In this document: positions 1 to 12,045 of the stretch, one piece after another
Layout: every line of letters starts with the position of its first letter
Position numbering within the stretch: the stretch's first letter is position 1
Source of the DNA: Ginglymostoma cirratum
Taxonomy: Eukaryota
Assembly: GCA_024137785.1 (NCBI GenBank)
Contig: JAHRHZ010000023.1
Location: forward strand, 3,630,507-3,694,506
Direction: 5' to 3'
Length of the DNA: 64,000 nt
Made by a program: the position numbers and the translations under genes
The notes under the pieces: model-generated
What the model saw: the letters and a program-made list of their open reading frames with translations, nothing else
Told to the model about the DNA's origin: nothing
Database searches by the model: none

Positions 1-369
1 GGTCTAGGCCCGAAACGTGAGCTTTCCTGCTCCTCTGATGCTGCTTGGCCTGCTGTGTTCATCCAGCTCTACACCTTGTTTATCAAAGAGAAACGTCACT
101 TCCTTTTATCGAATTTAAGACACTTATCCAAATGGTCGAGATATAAGCTGGATATTACATGCTCCCATGGGCTGTGTTTTGGGTGGGAGGGCTGTGTGAT
201 TTGAGGGAGTTTGACTAGGCCATTAAATTCCCCCTCAGCACTGAGGGTGGCCCCTTCTCCCGGGTAGGGGTGAATATTCCATATGGAGCTCATTTAGCAC
301 CTACGGCCCTCCCCCATCCATGTGCCGTGGCTGTCATTGAGCTTCCAACATTGAAATTCAGAAACCAGG

Positions 370-1160
370 AGCTGGAGTAGGCCATCCAGCCCTTCGAGCT
401 TACTCTGCCATTCAATATGACCGTGGCTGATTCGCCACCTCAACGTGATATTCCCATTTCCTCTCCATATCCCATAATGCCTTTAAAATCTTACATTGAA
501 TAAAGGGAGGAGATAAATCCAATGACTTGGCCTCCAGTGCCTCGTGTGGTGGTGTATTCCACAGGGTCGCTCCCCTCAGAATGAAGTAATGATTCCTCAT
601 CTTAGTCCAAACTGCTGTCGATATTTTCTAATGAAGTTGTTCAGGGATGTTGTGACACACCTCAGGAGCAGGTGGGAAGAAAACACATGCTTCCTGGTTC
701 AGAGGTGAGTGGACAACCACTGCACTACAACAGCCCCTCCTAAAGACCCTGCATCCTGAGACTGTGTGCCCTGGTGCTAGACCCCCAAACCAGGGGAAGC
801 ATCCTCCCTGCATCTAGTCTGCTTGGCCCTCTAGAAATTTTATACATTTCAAACAGATCTCCTCTAGTTATTCTAGACTCTAGCGGACACAGGTCCAGTC
901 CTCTCTTCCTCCTGATAAAACGAATCTCTCCTCACAAAGCAGTCCTACCATCATTGGCATCAGCCTAGCGAACCTCCTGCTGCACTCCCTCTACATCCCC
1001 GCTTAGGTAGGGAGACCAAAACTGTGTGTAATATTCCAGGTGTGGTCTCACCAAGGCCCTGTATCACTGTAGGAGGACGTTCCAACTTCTGAACAACAAT
1101 GCTCTTGCAATGAAGGCCAATATGCCATTTCCCACTGGCCAGGTGGTTAGCTGCCAACTT
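370..1160 (-). mobile_element. Decayed CR1-type LINE 3' portion, with a short SINE nested at ~621-735
   Basis: Antisense similarity to the 10630-11847 element (e.g. ATATTCCAGGTGTGGTCTCACCAAGGCC). Confidence 0.7.
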
Positions 1161-1755
1161 CTCTTCCAGTGCTTGGGGATGGGGGTGTTTCTCTTCAATT
1201 ACTCTGTTCAGTTAATCCCACACACCCCCATTCTTTCCCCTGTTTAAAAAAAAAGTCAATTTATAAACAGCATTGAGTAGATTTCAGAACATCATAAAAG
1301 TTGTGCGTAAATAAAAGCAAAATGCTGCAGACGCCAGAAATCTGAAACAGACGCTGAGCATGTTGGATAAACTCAACAACTCTGGCAGCATCTGGGGAGA
1401 GAGAAACCAAGATAATGATTTGAGTCTGATAAGGCTTCTTTGGAGTTTGGAAGAAAATTCATGTCAGACTCGAAACGTTGATTCTGCATTCTCTCCACAG
1501 ATGCTGCCAGACCTGCTGAGTTTCACCAGCACTTTCTGCGTTTACGAAGCCATGAATGGCCCTGTTTTGTTGTTAATGATGTTCTCGGATGTATTATTAG
1601 AGTGAAAGAGAACCAGAAAAGACATTCTTAGCTTCATTGCTTTGCTAAGAACAGCATTTTTGGGTTCTTGTGAAATGTGGAATCCCTTTACAACGTCTCC
1701 AACGCACAATGTACGTTTTGTTTAAATGCACTTTTCTCTCTCTCCTGCTTCGAAG

Positions 1756-1844
1756 GATTTGGCTGCTGCAGAACGTTCTCGCCGTCATGCTGAGCAGGAG
1801 AAGGAGGAGCTTGCTGAGGAGTTGGCAGGGAATGTCTCTGGAAA
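1756..1844 (+). CDS. MYH11: MYH11 rod-domain exon ([30 protein letters not shown])
   Basis: Pyrimidine tract + AAG acceptor, GTATGT donor; 89 nt, phase 0->2; peptide closely resembles human MYH11 [30 protein letters not shown]. Confidence 0.93.
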
Positions 1845-2297
1845 GTATGTAACAGGAAGATCCTCACTCTTTTTCTTCTTGCTAAAGTGATATTTTCTCA
1901 TGACCCTTTAACCTATCTGCCACCTTCAGGGATCTGTGGACAAGCATCCCAAGATCCTTCAGTTCCTCTGAGCTTCCAAGTGTTCATTGAGTACTCCCTT
2001 GACTTGTTACTACTTGCAAAGTGCATCACCTCACATTTATCAGGGCTCAATTCCATCCATCACTGATCTGCCAGTGGTGATTGTAACAATGTCAGCCAGG
2101 GTGGACTTCATAGAATATGAGCTCCCTGATTGAGCTGTTAATCTGGTCCACTCAGGGAGTCCTGGCTGACAGATAAGAACAGGAGTGTCAGAGGTTTTGC
2201 TCACTATGAGACCTGGCTCTGAGGGAGCTGGATCCATGTCAAGGACTCTCCACGTGTAAATAAAGGGTCTCTTAGTAATGGGATACCAGCCTCTGTG

Positions 2298-2511
2298 GAA
2301 CCAAAACAAAGTTGCTGAAAAAGCTCAGCAGGTCTGACACCATCTGTGAAGGAGAAAACAGAGTTAATGTTTCGGGTCCGGTGACCCTTCCTCAGAACCT
2401 CAGAACCCAGTTCTGAGGAAGGGTCACCCAACCCGAAACGTTAACTCTGTTTTCTCCTTCGCAGATGCTGTCAGACCTGCTGAGCTTTTCCAGCAACTTT
2501 GTTTTTGTTCC
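2298..2511. mobile_element. PLE-derived fold-back element, family A (also ~5890-6220, 8650-8750, 9076-9180, 15598-16193, 30560-30750; older variants ~1315-1545, 17625-17735, 19283-19375)
   Basis: ~100-bp near-perfect inverted arms (GCTGGAAAAGCTCAGCAGGTCTG...GAGTTAACGTTTCGGGTCCGGTGACCCTTCCTCAGAAC) with a hammerhead core at each inner end. Confidence 0.8.
2409..2446 (+). ncRNA. Minimal type-I hammerhead ribozyme motif
   Basis: AGTT-CTGAGGA-A-GGGT(CACCCA)ACCC-GAAA-CG-TT-AACT. Confidence 0.65.
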
Positions 2512-2875
2512 AGCTCTGGAGTTAGTTCAATACACATCTGACCAATCCCTCTACATCCGCCTGTAACCTAACATCTACCTCCTGACTGTCAACCACCCGG
2601 CCAATCTCTGTGTCATCTGCAAACTTACTTACTATCCTCCGATACATTTTTCTGATGCATCAAATCAAAAGTACTTTCTGGAGTGCAATTTCAGATGAGA
2701 AGAATGTCAATATCTGAACCAGAAAGTAAATGGCTTCCCCCGTGTCTCCTGAAATATAAAGATCAGTTGCACTGAGCAAGGGTGTAGAGCACACCGTGTG
2801 CTTTCTGTAGGTGCAGTTTGTGACCCTGTATGATCAGGGAAACACTAATCCAGCTGCATTGTTAAAACATTGCAG

Positions 2876-2999
2876 GTCTGCACTTCTGGATGAGAAACGG
2901 CGTCTGGAGACTAGAATATCACAGATGGAGGAAGAGCTGGAAGAGGAGCAGGGCAACATGGAAACACTGAATGATCGTCTCAGGAAAGTTGTACAGCAG
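2876..2999 (+). CDS. MYH11: MYH11 rod exon ([41 protein letters not shown])
   Basis: TGCAG acceptor, GTAAGA donor; 124 nt, phase-compatible with neighbours; myosin-II coiled-coil sequence. Confidence 0.95.
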
Positions 3000-5611
3000 G
3001 TAAGAAACTCAAACCCACGTTCACCTCGCTGAGCCTTACAGCTGCTGGCTATGATCCCATAAAGCAGTTACATGTACTGTGCATAATCTGGGTGATGTCA
3101 AAGGTTTCAAGGATCAGTTACTTGAACATAAGATTAATATACACATTGTAGATAGCTACTCACAAACTAAATATTGCGAACATCACGCAGAAATGTCTGG
3201 CAACAAGTTAGATAGAAATGAAATGACAGTGTCCTTCTCAGAGTGGTGGGACTGGTACATAGTAACACATACCATTGTGATTGATCTGTGTTCACAAGAC
3301 AACAGCCCAGTCTGTGCAGAGATAGTAGGAACTGCCAATGCTGGAGAATCTGAGATAACACACTGTGGAGCTGGAGGAACACAGCAGGCCGGGCAGCATC
3401 AGAGGAGCAGGAAAGCTAACGTTTCGGGTCAGGACCCTTCTTTCCTGACCTGAGACGTCAGCTTTCCTGCTCCTCTGATGCAGTCTGTACTGTGTCTTTG
3501 TGCAAAAGCTTGTAAGGTGGTTGTCTCCAGTCTCATGGCTTAGTACAAGGCAAGCAGCTCCCTGTTAGAAATTGTATTTCTATTCTAAACAGCGACACTC
3601 GTAATTCAGACAGACTGCCATTTTATAAGAACAGTTATTTGTAATATGTTCCCTGTGCTTGACTGGCCCATAAAACTGCACTCTTTGGGTGAAGCAGTTT
3701 AATTGCTGTTTCAGTTCAGATTTCTCATTTTGAGTGGAAAGTGCATCCAGGCCAGCATTTATTTCCCATCCCTAATTGCCCCAGAGAGCAGTTAAGGTTT
3801 GACCACATTTCTGTGTGTCTGGAGTCACATGTAGGGCAGTCCAGGTAAGGATGGCAGTTTCCTTCCCTAAAGGACATCAGTGAGCCAGATGGGGTTTTAT
3901 CCTGTCAACTGGCAACAATTTCATGGTCATTATTAGACTTTTAATTTCAGATTTTTTTTTTTACTTGAATTAAAAATTTCACCGTCTGCTGTGGCAGGAT
4001 TCAAACACAGGTCCCCAAAACATTATCCGGGTCTCTGGATTAACAGTCAAGTCTCGGCACCACTATGCTGTCTGCCTCCCTTTCATTCCCCAGAAAACTA
4101 TCACGTTGACGTGTCTGTGGTTTCCAACCCCAGAACAAGTTGTCTCAACGGCAGCAACCAGAGACTTCTCACAGCGGCCACCAGATGTCACACTACACAG
4201 GTCCGGAGCACCGGCTCAAAGCAGGAAGCAGCTGCAATAGTACTGAATATAGAACTAGAGATAGTGGGAACTGCCGATGCTGGAGAATCTGAGATAACAA
4301 AGTGTAGAGCTGGATGAACACAGCAGGTTTCAGGTTTCTGAGGAAGGGTCCAGACCCGAAACGTCAGCTTTCCTGCTCCTCTGATGCTGCTTGGCCAGCT
4401 GTGTTCATCCAGCTCTACACCTTGTTATCTCTGAATACAGAACTACATTTGTTTACCAACACAGCCTTCCCAATTTCCTAGCCAGCAATAATACACACCA
4501 ACAACTAAAATCACCTTTCTTCCACTGCTTCCTGCAACATGCAGGTAAGGTGACCATAGGGCTGGTCCCTCATTAGAGAGAGGCAGCTGGTGGTGGTTTC
4601 ATCTGAGGGTTACCACACCTCAGGCAAGGGGAGAGGTTGAGAAGGAGACTCCCACATGGTAATCTACAACAATCCTATTAATGAGTCACAAGGCAGCAAA
4701 CTTCCCCTGGATGAAAGAGTTTGGAGGTAGGTGAATAATCTCCTGAAGTGACATGAAAATGAAAGATTGTGTGAAGATTGTATCTATTCTCCAATTAGTT
4801 AATTCAAACACCAACCATTCTAGTAGAGCCTAAAGGAGGTGACAGCCTAGTGGTATTATCAATGGACTGTTAATCCAGAGAACCAGGTTCTGGATTTTTT
4901 TCCTATTCATTTTTGGGATGTGGGCGTCACTGTCTGGACCAGCATTTCTTGCCCATCTCTAGCTGCCCTTGAAAAGGTGGGGGTGAGCTGCCTTCTTGAA
5001 CTGGTGCAGTCCACCTGCTGCAGGTTGACCCACAATGCCATTTGGGAGGGAATTCCAGGATTTTGACCCAGTGACGGTGAAGGAACTTTTTTTTAATTCA
5101 TCCAGGGGATGAGGGCATCGCTGACCAGGCAACATTTATTGCCCATCCCTAATTGCCCAGAGAGCAGTTAGGAGTCAACCACACTGCTATGGGTCTGGAG
5201 TCACGTGTAGGCCAGGCCAGGTCAAGTAAGGATGGCAGTTTCCTTCCCTAAAGGACATTAGTGAACCAGATGGGTTTTTGCTAACAATTGGCAATGGATT
5301 CACGGTCATCATTAGACTCTTAATTCCAGATATTTATTGAATTCAAATTCCACCATCTGTTGTGGTAGGATCCAAATTGGCACCAAATCCACAAGCATCC
5401 ACTCCCCCCAGCACAGACACTCAGTAGTAGCAGTGTGTACTATCTACAAGATGCATTGCAGAAATTCACCAAAGATCCTCAGACAGCACCTTCCAAACCC
5501 ATGACCACTTCCATCTAGAAGGACAAAGGCAGCAAATACATGGGAACACCAGCCCTGGCAAGTTCCTCTCCAAACCACTCACCATCCTGACTTGGAAATA
5601 TATCACCAAAT

Positions 5612-6293
5612 GGGTGAGGCAATGGTCTAGTGGTATAATTGCTGGATTGTCAATCCAGAGACCCATATAACGTTCTGGGGACCCAGGTTTGAATCCTGCC
5701 ATGGCAGGATAATAAAATCAGTAAAAGTCTGGACTAAGAGTCTAACGATGACCATTACTAACTGTTGAGGAAAACCCACTAATGTCCTTTAGGGAAGGAA
5801 ACTGCCATCCTTACCTGGTCTGACCTATATGTGACTCCAGACCCACGACAATGTGGTTGACTCTTAAATGACGTCTGGGCAATTAGGGAAGAGAAATAGG
5901 AGTCAATGTTTCAGGTCTCATGACCTTTCCTCAGAACTGATGGTAGCTAGGGAAATATCAGTTTATATGCAGAAGATAGGGTGGGAGGAGGGGCTCAGGT
6001 GTAAACAATAGGCGGGAATAGAGCCCAAAGAAAGAGAAGAGCAGTTGGACAGTCCAACCAACATTTTTCCATCTACCATCAGTCCTGAAGAAGGGTTGCC
6101 AGACCCAAAGCATTAACTCTGATTTCTCTTCATGGACGCTGCCAAACCTTCTGAGCTTTTCCAGCAACTTTTGTTTCCCTTCCTGATTTACAGCATCTGC
6201 AGTTCTTTCGGTTTTTATTGTGGGCAACTAGGGATGGGCAATAAATGCTGGCCTAGCCAGTGACACCCTCACCCTATGAATGACTTTTTTAAA
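5612..6293 (+). mobile_element. DeuSINE-like SINE split by a fold-back PLE insertion (5890-6220)
   Basis: SINE resumes after duplicated TGGGCAA(T/C)TAGGGA (5876-5889 and 6221-6234). Confidence 0.75.
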
Positions 6294-6634
6294 ATAGCAA
6301 GACAATTACTCACTGTCTAGTGCTGAGACCATCCTTTTACAGTTGGATTCCCAGAGCTCATGTCTTATGGATTAAATTTTGGACGTAAAACCTCAGCACA
6401 TTGTCTGCTAAATTCTCCTTTAAAATAAATGCTTGCACCATCTGGGGAAACACCAAAACCCATATTGCGATTCCGGCTGCAGGCTAAAGCTGGAGGGTTT
6501 AACAAACATCAGCAGGTTTCTCAGGCAGTTGTTAAGTAAGTTTGGAAAAGTTCAAAGAACTCCAAGCCAATTGAGATGAGCCTCCGGTTTTCCTGAGGTT
6601 GTAAATTCTGACAACATTTCTTTCTGGTTGTTAG

Positions 6635-6843
6635 TCAGAGCAGCTATCGAACGAGCTGGCTGCCGAGCGCAGCGCAAACCAGAAGAATGAGAGTGCTCGC
6701 CAGCAACTTGAGAGGCAGAACAAGGAGCTGAAGGCCAAGCTGCAAGAAATGGAAGGGACTGTCAAGTCCAAGTTCAAATCGACCATAACCGCCCTGGAGT
6801 CAAAGATTGCCCAGTTGGAAGAACAACTGGAGGCTGAAGTAAA
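6635..6843 (+). CDS. MYH11: MYH11 rod exon ([70 protein letters not shown])
   Basis: TTAG acceptor, GTAAGA donor; 209 nt open frame; [16 protein letters not shown] and VKSKFKSTI match MYH11; not in ORF track. Confidence 0.95.
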
Positions 6844-7267
6844 GTAAGAACAAATCCAGAATAATCATCCTTTCCCTTGTTCAGTTGTCTTTACATACTT
6901 GCAGGTTCTGAACTACTTTTTGTGTATCTTGTAGCAATGACCAGGAATGATGAATCCAAAATGGTCTAACATGTTAATGCTGTGGCTTTAAGATATCTCA
7001 GATTGCCCTTAGATTGTCACGACAAGCATTAAGGCTTTCATAGTGAAGGATCATCAGTACAAATATCCATCAGGTCATTAATATATTGGGTTTACTCTCT
7101 CTCAGTGAGAGTATCCTCTGGGACTAAGACAACTTTGCAGTCTGTGATATGATTGTGGTATTGTGGTGTAGTGGTAGTTTCCCTGCCTCTGGGGCAAGGA
7201 GGCCTAGGTTCAACTCTCTGACCAGGTTGATTAGGAAACCCACATTGTGTTTATTAGTTACCATGTG

Positions 7268-7611
7268 GGGAGGTGATGGCCTAGTGGTAATTATCGCCGA
7301 AATATTAATCCTGAGACCCAGATAATGACCTGGGGACCTGGTTTGAATCCTGCCACGGCAGATGGTGGAATTTGAATGTAATTTTAAAACACAATGACTG
7401 TGAATCCATTGTCAATTGTTGGAAAAAACCCATCTTGTTCACTAATGACCTTTAGGGAAGGAAACTGCCATCCTTACTTGGTCTGGTCTGGTCTATGTGT
7501 AACTCCAGACCCACAGCAACGTGGTTGGCCCTTAACTGCGCTCTGAGCAATTAGGGATGGGCAATAAATGTTGCCTGGCCAGTGATACCCTCATCCTGTG
7601 AGTGAATAAAA
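7268..7611 (+). mobile_element. DeuSINE/SacSINE1-like tRNA-derived SINE
   Basis: TGGCCTAGTGG A-box, GGTTTGAATCC B-box, core CCTTTAGGGAAGGAAACTGCCATCCTTAC...ACTCCAGACCCACAGCAA. Confidence 0.75.
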
Positions 7612-8102
7612 GGATATTATGAGACACAGTATCCCTTAGGTGCTTCTGGTTCCTGTACGTTGCACTTATCTGCAAAGTACCTGCAAAGAAAGATTACAAC
7701 CACAGCACTGTATTCCAGGTGGACTATAAATATCAAGTCCAGTAGTTCACTGGGCAGCTCTGATTTGGCAACTGTGTGAATTTTCACAAACTGTATTGGC
7801 TTTGGTTTTATGGTTTGTCTGTTTAAGCCATTATGGGATTAAGTCGTCTGCTTCCCTGTGTATTTTTCCCACAGATCTCTATCTCTACAGATTGTCCACA
7901 TGAATAGCCTGTTTTAATAAGACTTTAAATTGGTATTCGGACTAAATAGCAGGTTATGTTTTGGAATCCTGATGTAATTAATGTGGATACAGTTGTGTCT
8001 AAAACCAGACAGATTGATCCACTGAAACTGGTACAGGACTTATCACTGAAACTTATCACTAGGATGATGTTTAAATGATCAGTTTCATGCGTTACTTCTT
8101 AG

Positions 8103-8211
8103 GGAAAAGCAAGCGACCACCAAGGCAACTCGCCGTACAGAGAAGAAACTGAAAGAGATCCTGTTGCAGTTGGAAGATGAGAGAAGACATGGAGAGCAGT
8201 ATAAAGAACAG
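8103..8211 (+). CDS. MYH11: MYH11 rod exon ([36 protein letters not shown])
   Basis: CTTCTTAG acceptor, GTAGAC donor; 109 nt; [20 protein letters not shown] motif. Confidence 0.95.
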
Positions 8212-8852
8212 GTAGACCTTTGGACTCTCAGAGAGAGAGAGAAAGAAAAGACTTGCACATATACCACCCCGTCCCTGGCCTTTGAATACCCTCGATACAG
8301 GCAGGACAGTGTCTTTCTTGTGAATGGACTAAAGATTGATATCAGAACTGTAGGTTATCAAATTTGCAAATGATCAAACAAGTTTCATTTGTATTGAAGT
8401 TAGGAACATTTCCAAAGACAGAAGCACTGTTAGAGTGAGCCATTTCATTAACTATATTTCCTGACCTTTCTCGTACAAGACTTAACAATATGAGATATTG
8501 CCAGCTATTGGGCCAGTGAAGGTTCATTAGGATGATCCCTGACATGGAGGAGTTGTCTTATGAGCAAAGCCCAAACAGGTTGGACTGTACTCACTGGAGT
8601 TTAGAAGAATGAGAGGTGATCTCATTAAAACGTATGGGATTCTTAAGGGACAAAAACAGAAATTGCTGGAAAAGCTCAGCAGGTCTGGCAGCATCTGTGG
8701 AGAGAAAATAGAGTTAACGTTTCAGGTCCAGTGACCCTCCTTCAGAACTGATTGTAGCTAGAAAATGTTGATTTTATGCAGAAGATTGGGTGGGGGGATG
8801 GGGGAAGGAGAAAATGATGGGTGGAGATAGAGCCCAAAGACAGAGATGTTGG

Positions 8853-9470
8853 CCACGGAACACCCAGTCTGAGGGCCCAAACACAGTGCTTTACCTGCAC
8901 TTCACCCAGTCTTGTCGACAGCATTTGCTGCTCACAGTGTGGTCCCCTCTACGTTGGAGAAATGAAGGTGACCGTTTCACAAACAGCTACATTTTATCCG
9001 CGAAAAAGACCCTGAGTTTCCTGTTGCCTGCCACTTTAACACACCACCCTGTTCCCTGGCCAACTTCTCTATCTCAGGAACAAAAACAGAAGTTGCTGGA
9101 AAAGCTCAGCAGGTCTAGCAGCATCTGTGAAGTAAAATATCAGAGTTAACATTTTGGATTCGGTGACCCTTCCTCAGAACTTGCTGCAGTGCTCCAGCGA
9201 AGCTCAGTGCAAGCTGGAAGAACAACACTTCATTTTCGACTTGGACTCAATATCGAGTTCAATAATTTTAGGACTGGAGGCACCTTCTCCAATGTTCTTA
9301 CCCCAACCCCTATACAACACTTTGTTATCACATAGTCTGCTATCACACAATACACATTGTTAGCTACTAACAGTCTCCATTAGCAATCATTCATTCTCCC
9401 AGACTGATCATTATCCAATCCTTTGTCTGTCCAACTGTTCTTCTCTCTCTTTGGGCTCTATCCCTGTCGA
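8853..9470 (+). mobile_element. Family-A PLE internal remnant with GIY-YIG-like peptide, interrupted by another family-A arm
   Basis: QCFTCTSPSLVDSICCSQCGPLYVGEMK and EAQCKLEEQHFIFDL in ORF track; ~9420-9460 is inverted relative to PLE arm sequence at ~6020-6055 and ~8825-8840. Confidence 0.65.
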
Positions 9471-9867
9471 TCATACCTCAGTGAGCATCACAGATATTAA
9501 ATACATGGAACACATGAAGCTCATAGGATCATACGATACAGGACAGGACCTTTAGACTCGATCCTGTCCTGCCAAAGTTGCTGAATTTGTATGATTGATA
9601 CATATTAAACTAAATCTAGACTTGTCCAATCTACTATAGGTAAATTTTTAATGATGGGACATGTCTTAATTTCTGCAAAAAGTCCCTCTGGAACTGACAG
9701 TGAACCTATAAAAATGTGGACTATCATTCCTTTAGATTTTAGTTATTGTTGAATATTTTGAGAAAACAAAACACTCAAATAATACTTTTCCTTACTTAAT
9801 CTTTCTGCCCTTTTTATTTCCTTAATCCCTTAATCTTTCCTTCCATGTATTTCCCTTTCTGTACTTA

Positions 9868-10280
9868 GTCATACAGCCGGAACAGATCCTTCGGTCCAAC
9901 CAGTCCGTGCTGACCACATCCTCAAACTAAACCAGTCCCACTTACCTGTGTTTGGCCCATATCCCTCTAAACCTTTCCTTTTCACGCCCTTATCCAAACG
10001 TCTTTTAAACATTGTAACTATACCTCCATCCACCACTCTCTCTGGCAGTTCATTCCACACATGAACCACTCTCTGTAAAATGGTTGCGCCTCATGTCCTT
10101 TTTAGAACTTTCTCCTCTCACTTTAAAAATATGCCCATTGGTTTTGAACTCCTTTACTCACCTTCTAATTTTATAAATCTCAATAATGTCACCCCTCAAC
10201 CCCCTGTGCTCCTGTGAAAAAAGTCCTAGCCTATCCAGCCTCTCCTTATAACTCAAACCCTCCATTCCTAGTAATATCCC
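9868..10280 (-). mobile_element. CR1-type LINE 3' end
   Basis: VHVWNELPERVVDGG...FKRRLDK...GLEGYGPN peptide plus 3' tail. Confidence 0.8.
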
Positions 10281-10629
10281 TTGATTTCACATTAGGTTCA
10301 ATATTCCAACCAACGCTTCCTGGTTCAGGCTCTCCACTGCTCATTAATGATTCTGATTGGTTTAAAGAGGGATGCAGTTCCCTGACCTGGTAGAGATCTC
10401 CTGTGGAGGATGACGTACCATTTTCGGCTTTCCAGTTTACAGCAAATCTGAGTGCAGCAGTCCCAAGGACAGTCAGTGGAGAAATTATACATGTGTAACA
10501 AAGGGCTGGTAACTGCTCACATGCCTCCGAGTCAAATCTAGCCCATACATATCTCCGCTAAAGAGGCCGCCCTTCACCTGCTGTAATTTACCTACCTGTC
10601 CTGAAAGGAATGATCAACACTTTTAAGAA

Positions 10630-11847
10630 GGTGACTAAACAGGTGGATGAGGGTAAAGCGGTTGGTGTGGTGTGTATGGATTTCAGTAAAGCATTTGATA
10701 AGGTTCCCCACGGTAGGCTATTGCAGAAAATTCGGAGGCATGGGATTGAGGGTGATTTAACGGTTTGGATCAGAAATTGGCTAGCTGTAAGAAGACAGAG
10801 GGTGGTGGTTGAAGGGAAATGTTCATCCTGGAGTTCAGTTACTAGTGGTATACCACAAGGATCTGTTTTGGGGCCACTGCTGTTTGTCATTTTTATAAAT
10901 GACCTGGATGAGGGCGTAGAAGGATGGGTTAGTAAATTTGCGGATGACACTAAAGTCAGTGGAGTTGTGGATAGTGCGGAAGGATGTTGCAGGTTACAGA
11001 GGGACATAGATAAGCTGCACAGCTGGGCTGAGAGGTGGCAAATGGAGTTTAATGTGGAAAAGTGTGAGGTGATTCACTTTGGAAGGAGTAACAGGAATAC
11101 AGAGTACTGGGCTAATGGTAAGATTCTTGGTAGTGTGGACGAGCAGAGAGATCTTGGTGTCCATGCGCATAGATCCTTGAAAGTTGCCACCCAGGTTGAT
11201 AGGATTGTTAAGAAGGCGTACGGTGTGTTAGGTTTTATTGGTAGAGGGATTCAGTTTCGGAGCCGTGAGGTCGTGTTGCAGCTGTACAAAACTCTGGTGC
11301 GGCCGCACTTGGAGTATTGCGTACAGTTCTGGTCGCCGCATTATAGGAAGGATGTGGAAGCATTGGAAAGGGTCCAGAGGAGATTTACCAGGATGTTGCC
11401 TGGTATGGAGGGAAGATCTTATGAGGAAAGGCTGAGGGACTTGAGGCTGTTTTCGTTAGAGAGAAGAAGGTTAAGAGGTGACTTAATAGAGACATACAAG
11501 ATGATCAGAGGATTAGATAGGGTGGACAGTGAGAGCTTTTTTCCTCGGATGGTGACGGCTAGCACAAGGGGACATAGCTTTAAACTGAGGGGTGATAGAT
11601 ATAGGACAGATGTCAGAGGTAGGTTCTTTACTCAGAGAGTAGCAAAGGCGTGGAATGCCTTGCTTGCAGCAGTAGTAGACTCGCCAACTTTAAGGGCATT
11701 TAAATGGTCGTTGGATAAACATATGGATGATAATGGAATAGTGTAGGTTAGATGGGCTTCACATTGGTTTCACAGGTCGGCGCAACATCGAGGGCCGAAG
11801 GGCTTATACTGCGCTGTTATGTTCTATGTTCTATGTTCTATGTCCTA
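10630..11847 (+). mobile_element. Young 5'-truncated CR1/HER1-type LINE (ORF2 reverse-transcriptase C-terminal part)
   Basis: Uninterrupted ORF 10610-11746 with DFSKAFDKV, GIPQGSVLGP, KFADDTK and LVRPHLEYC motifs; (TTCTATG)n tail; TTTTAAGAA duplicated at 10621-10629 and 11848-11856. Confidence 0.95.
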
Positions 11848-12045
11848 TTTTAAGAACTATTTAGATGATCACTTGAAGTGCCATAACGTACAAGGCTACA
11901 GACTAAGTGCTGCAAAATGGGAATAGATGGGTCCTTGATGACCAGCACAAACATGATGGGCCAAAGGGCCTCTTACCATGCTGTAAAACTCTATGACTCT
12001 TCTCTAAATAATGTTTTCCCAAGAGTGTATGTGTCACTGTGTGAA

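Larger units (their letters stand above)
2082..2529 (+). mobile_element. Solo-LTR-like element interrupted by a PLE palindrome (2298-2511)
   Basis: Starts TGTAAC, ends TTCA, internal AATAAA; colinear with the 12046-12272 copy. Confidence 0.55.

Noticed and set aside
3079-3453. Recurrent peptides such as EIVGTADAGESEIT and LLEKLSRSGSICE suggesting a gene family
   Set aside because: Translations of the non-coding PLE tail repeated at many loci; no splice or start/stop consistency
10588-11007. 139-aa minus-strand ORF
   Set aside because: Antisense shadow of the CR1 reverse-transcriptase frame
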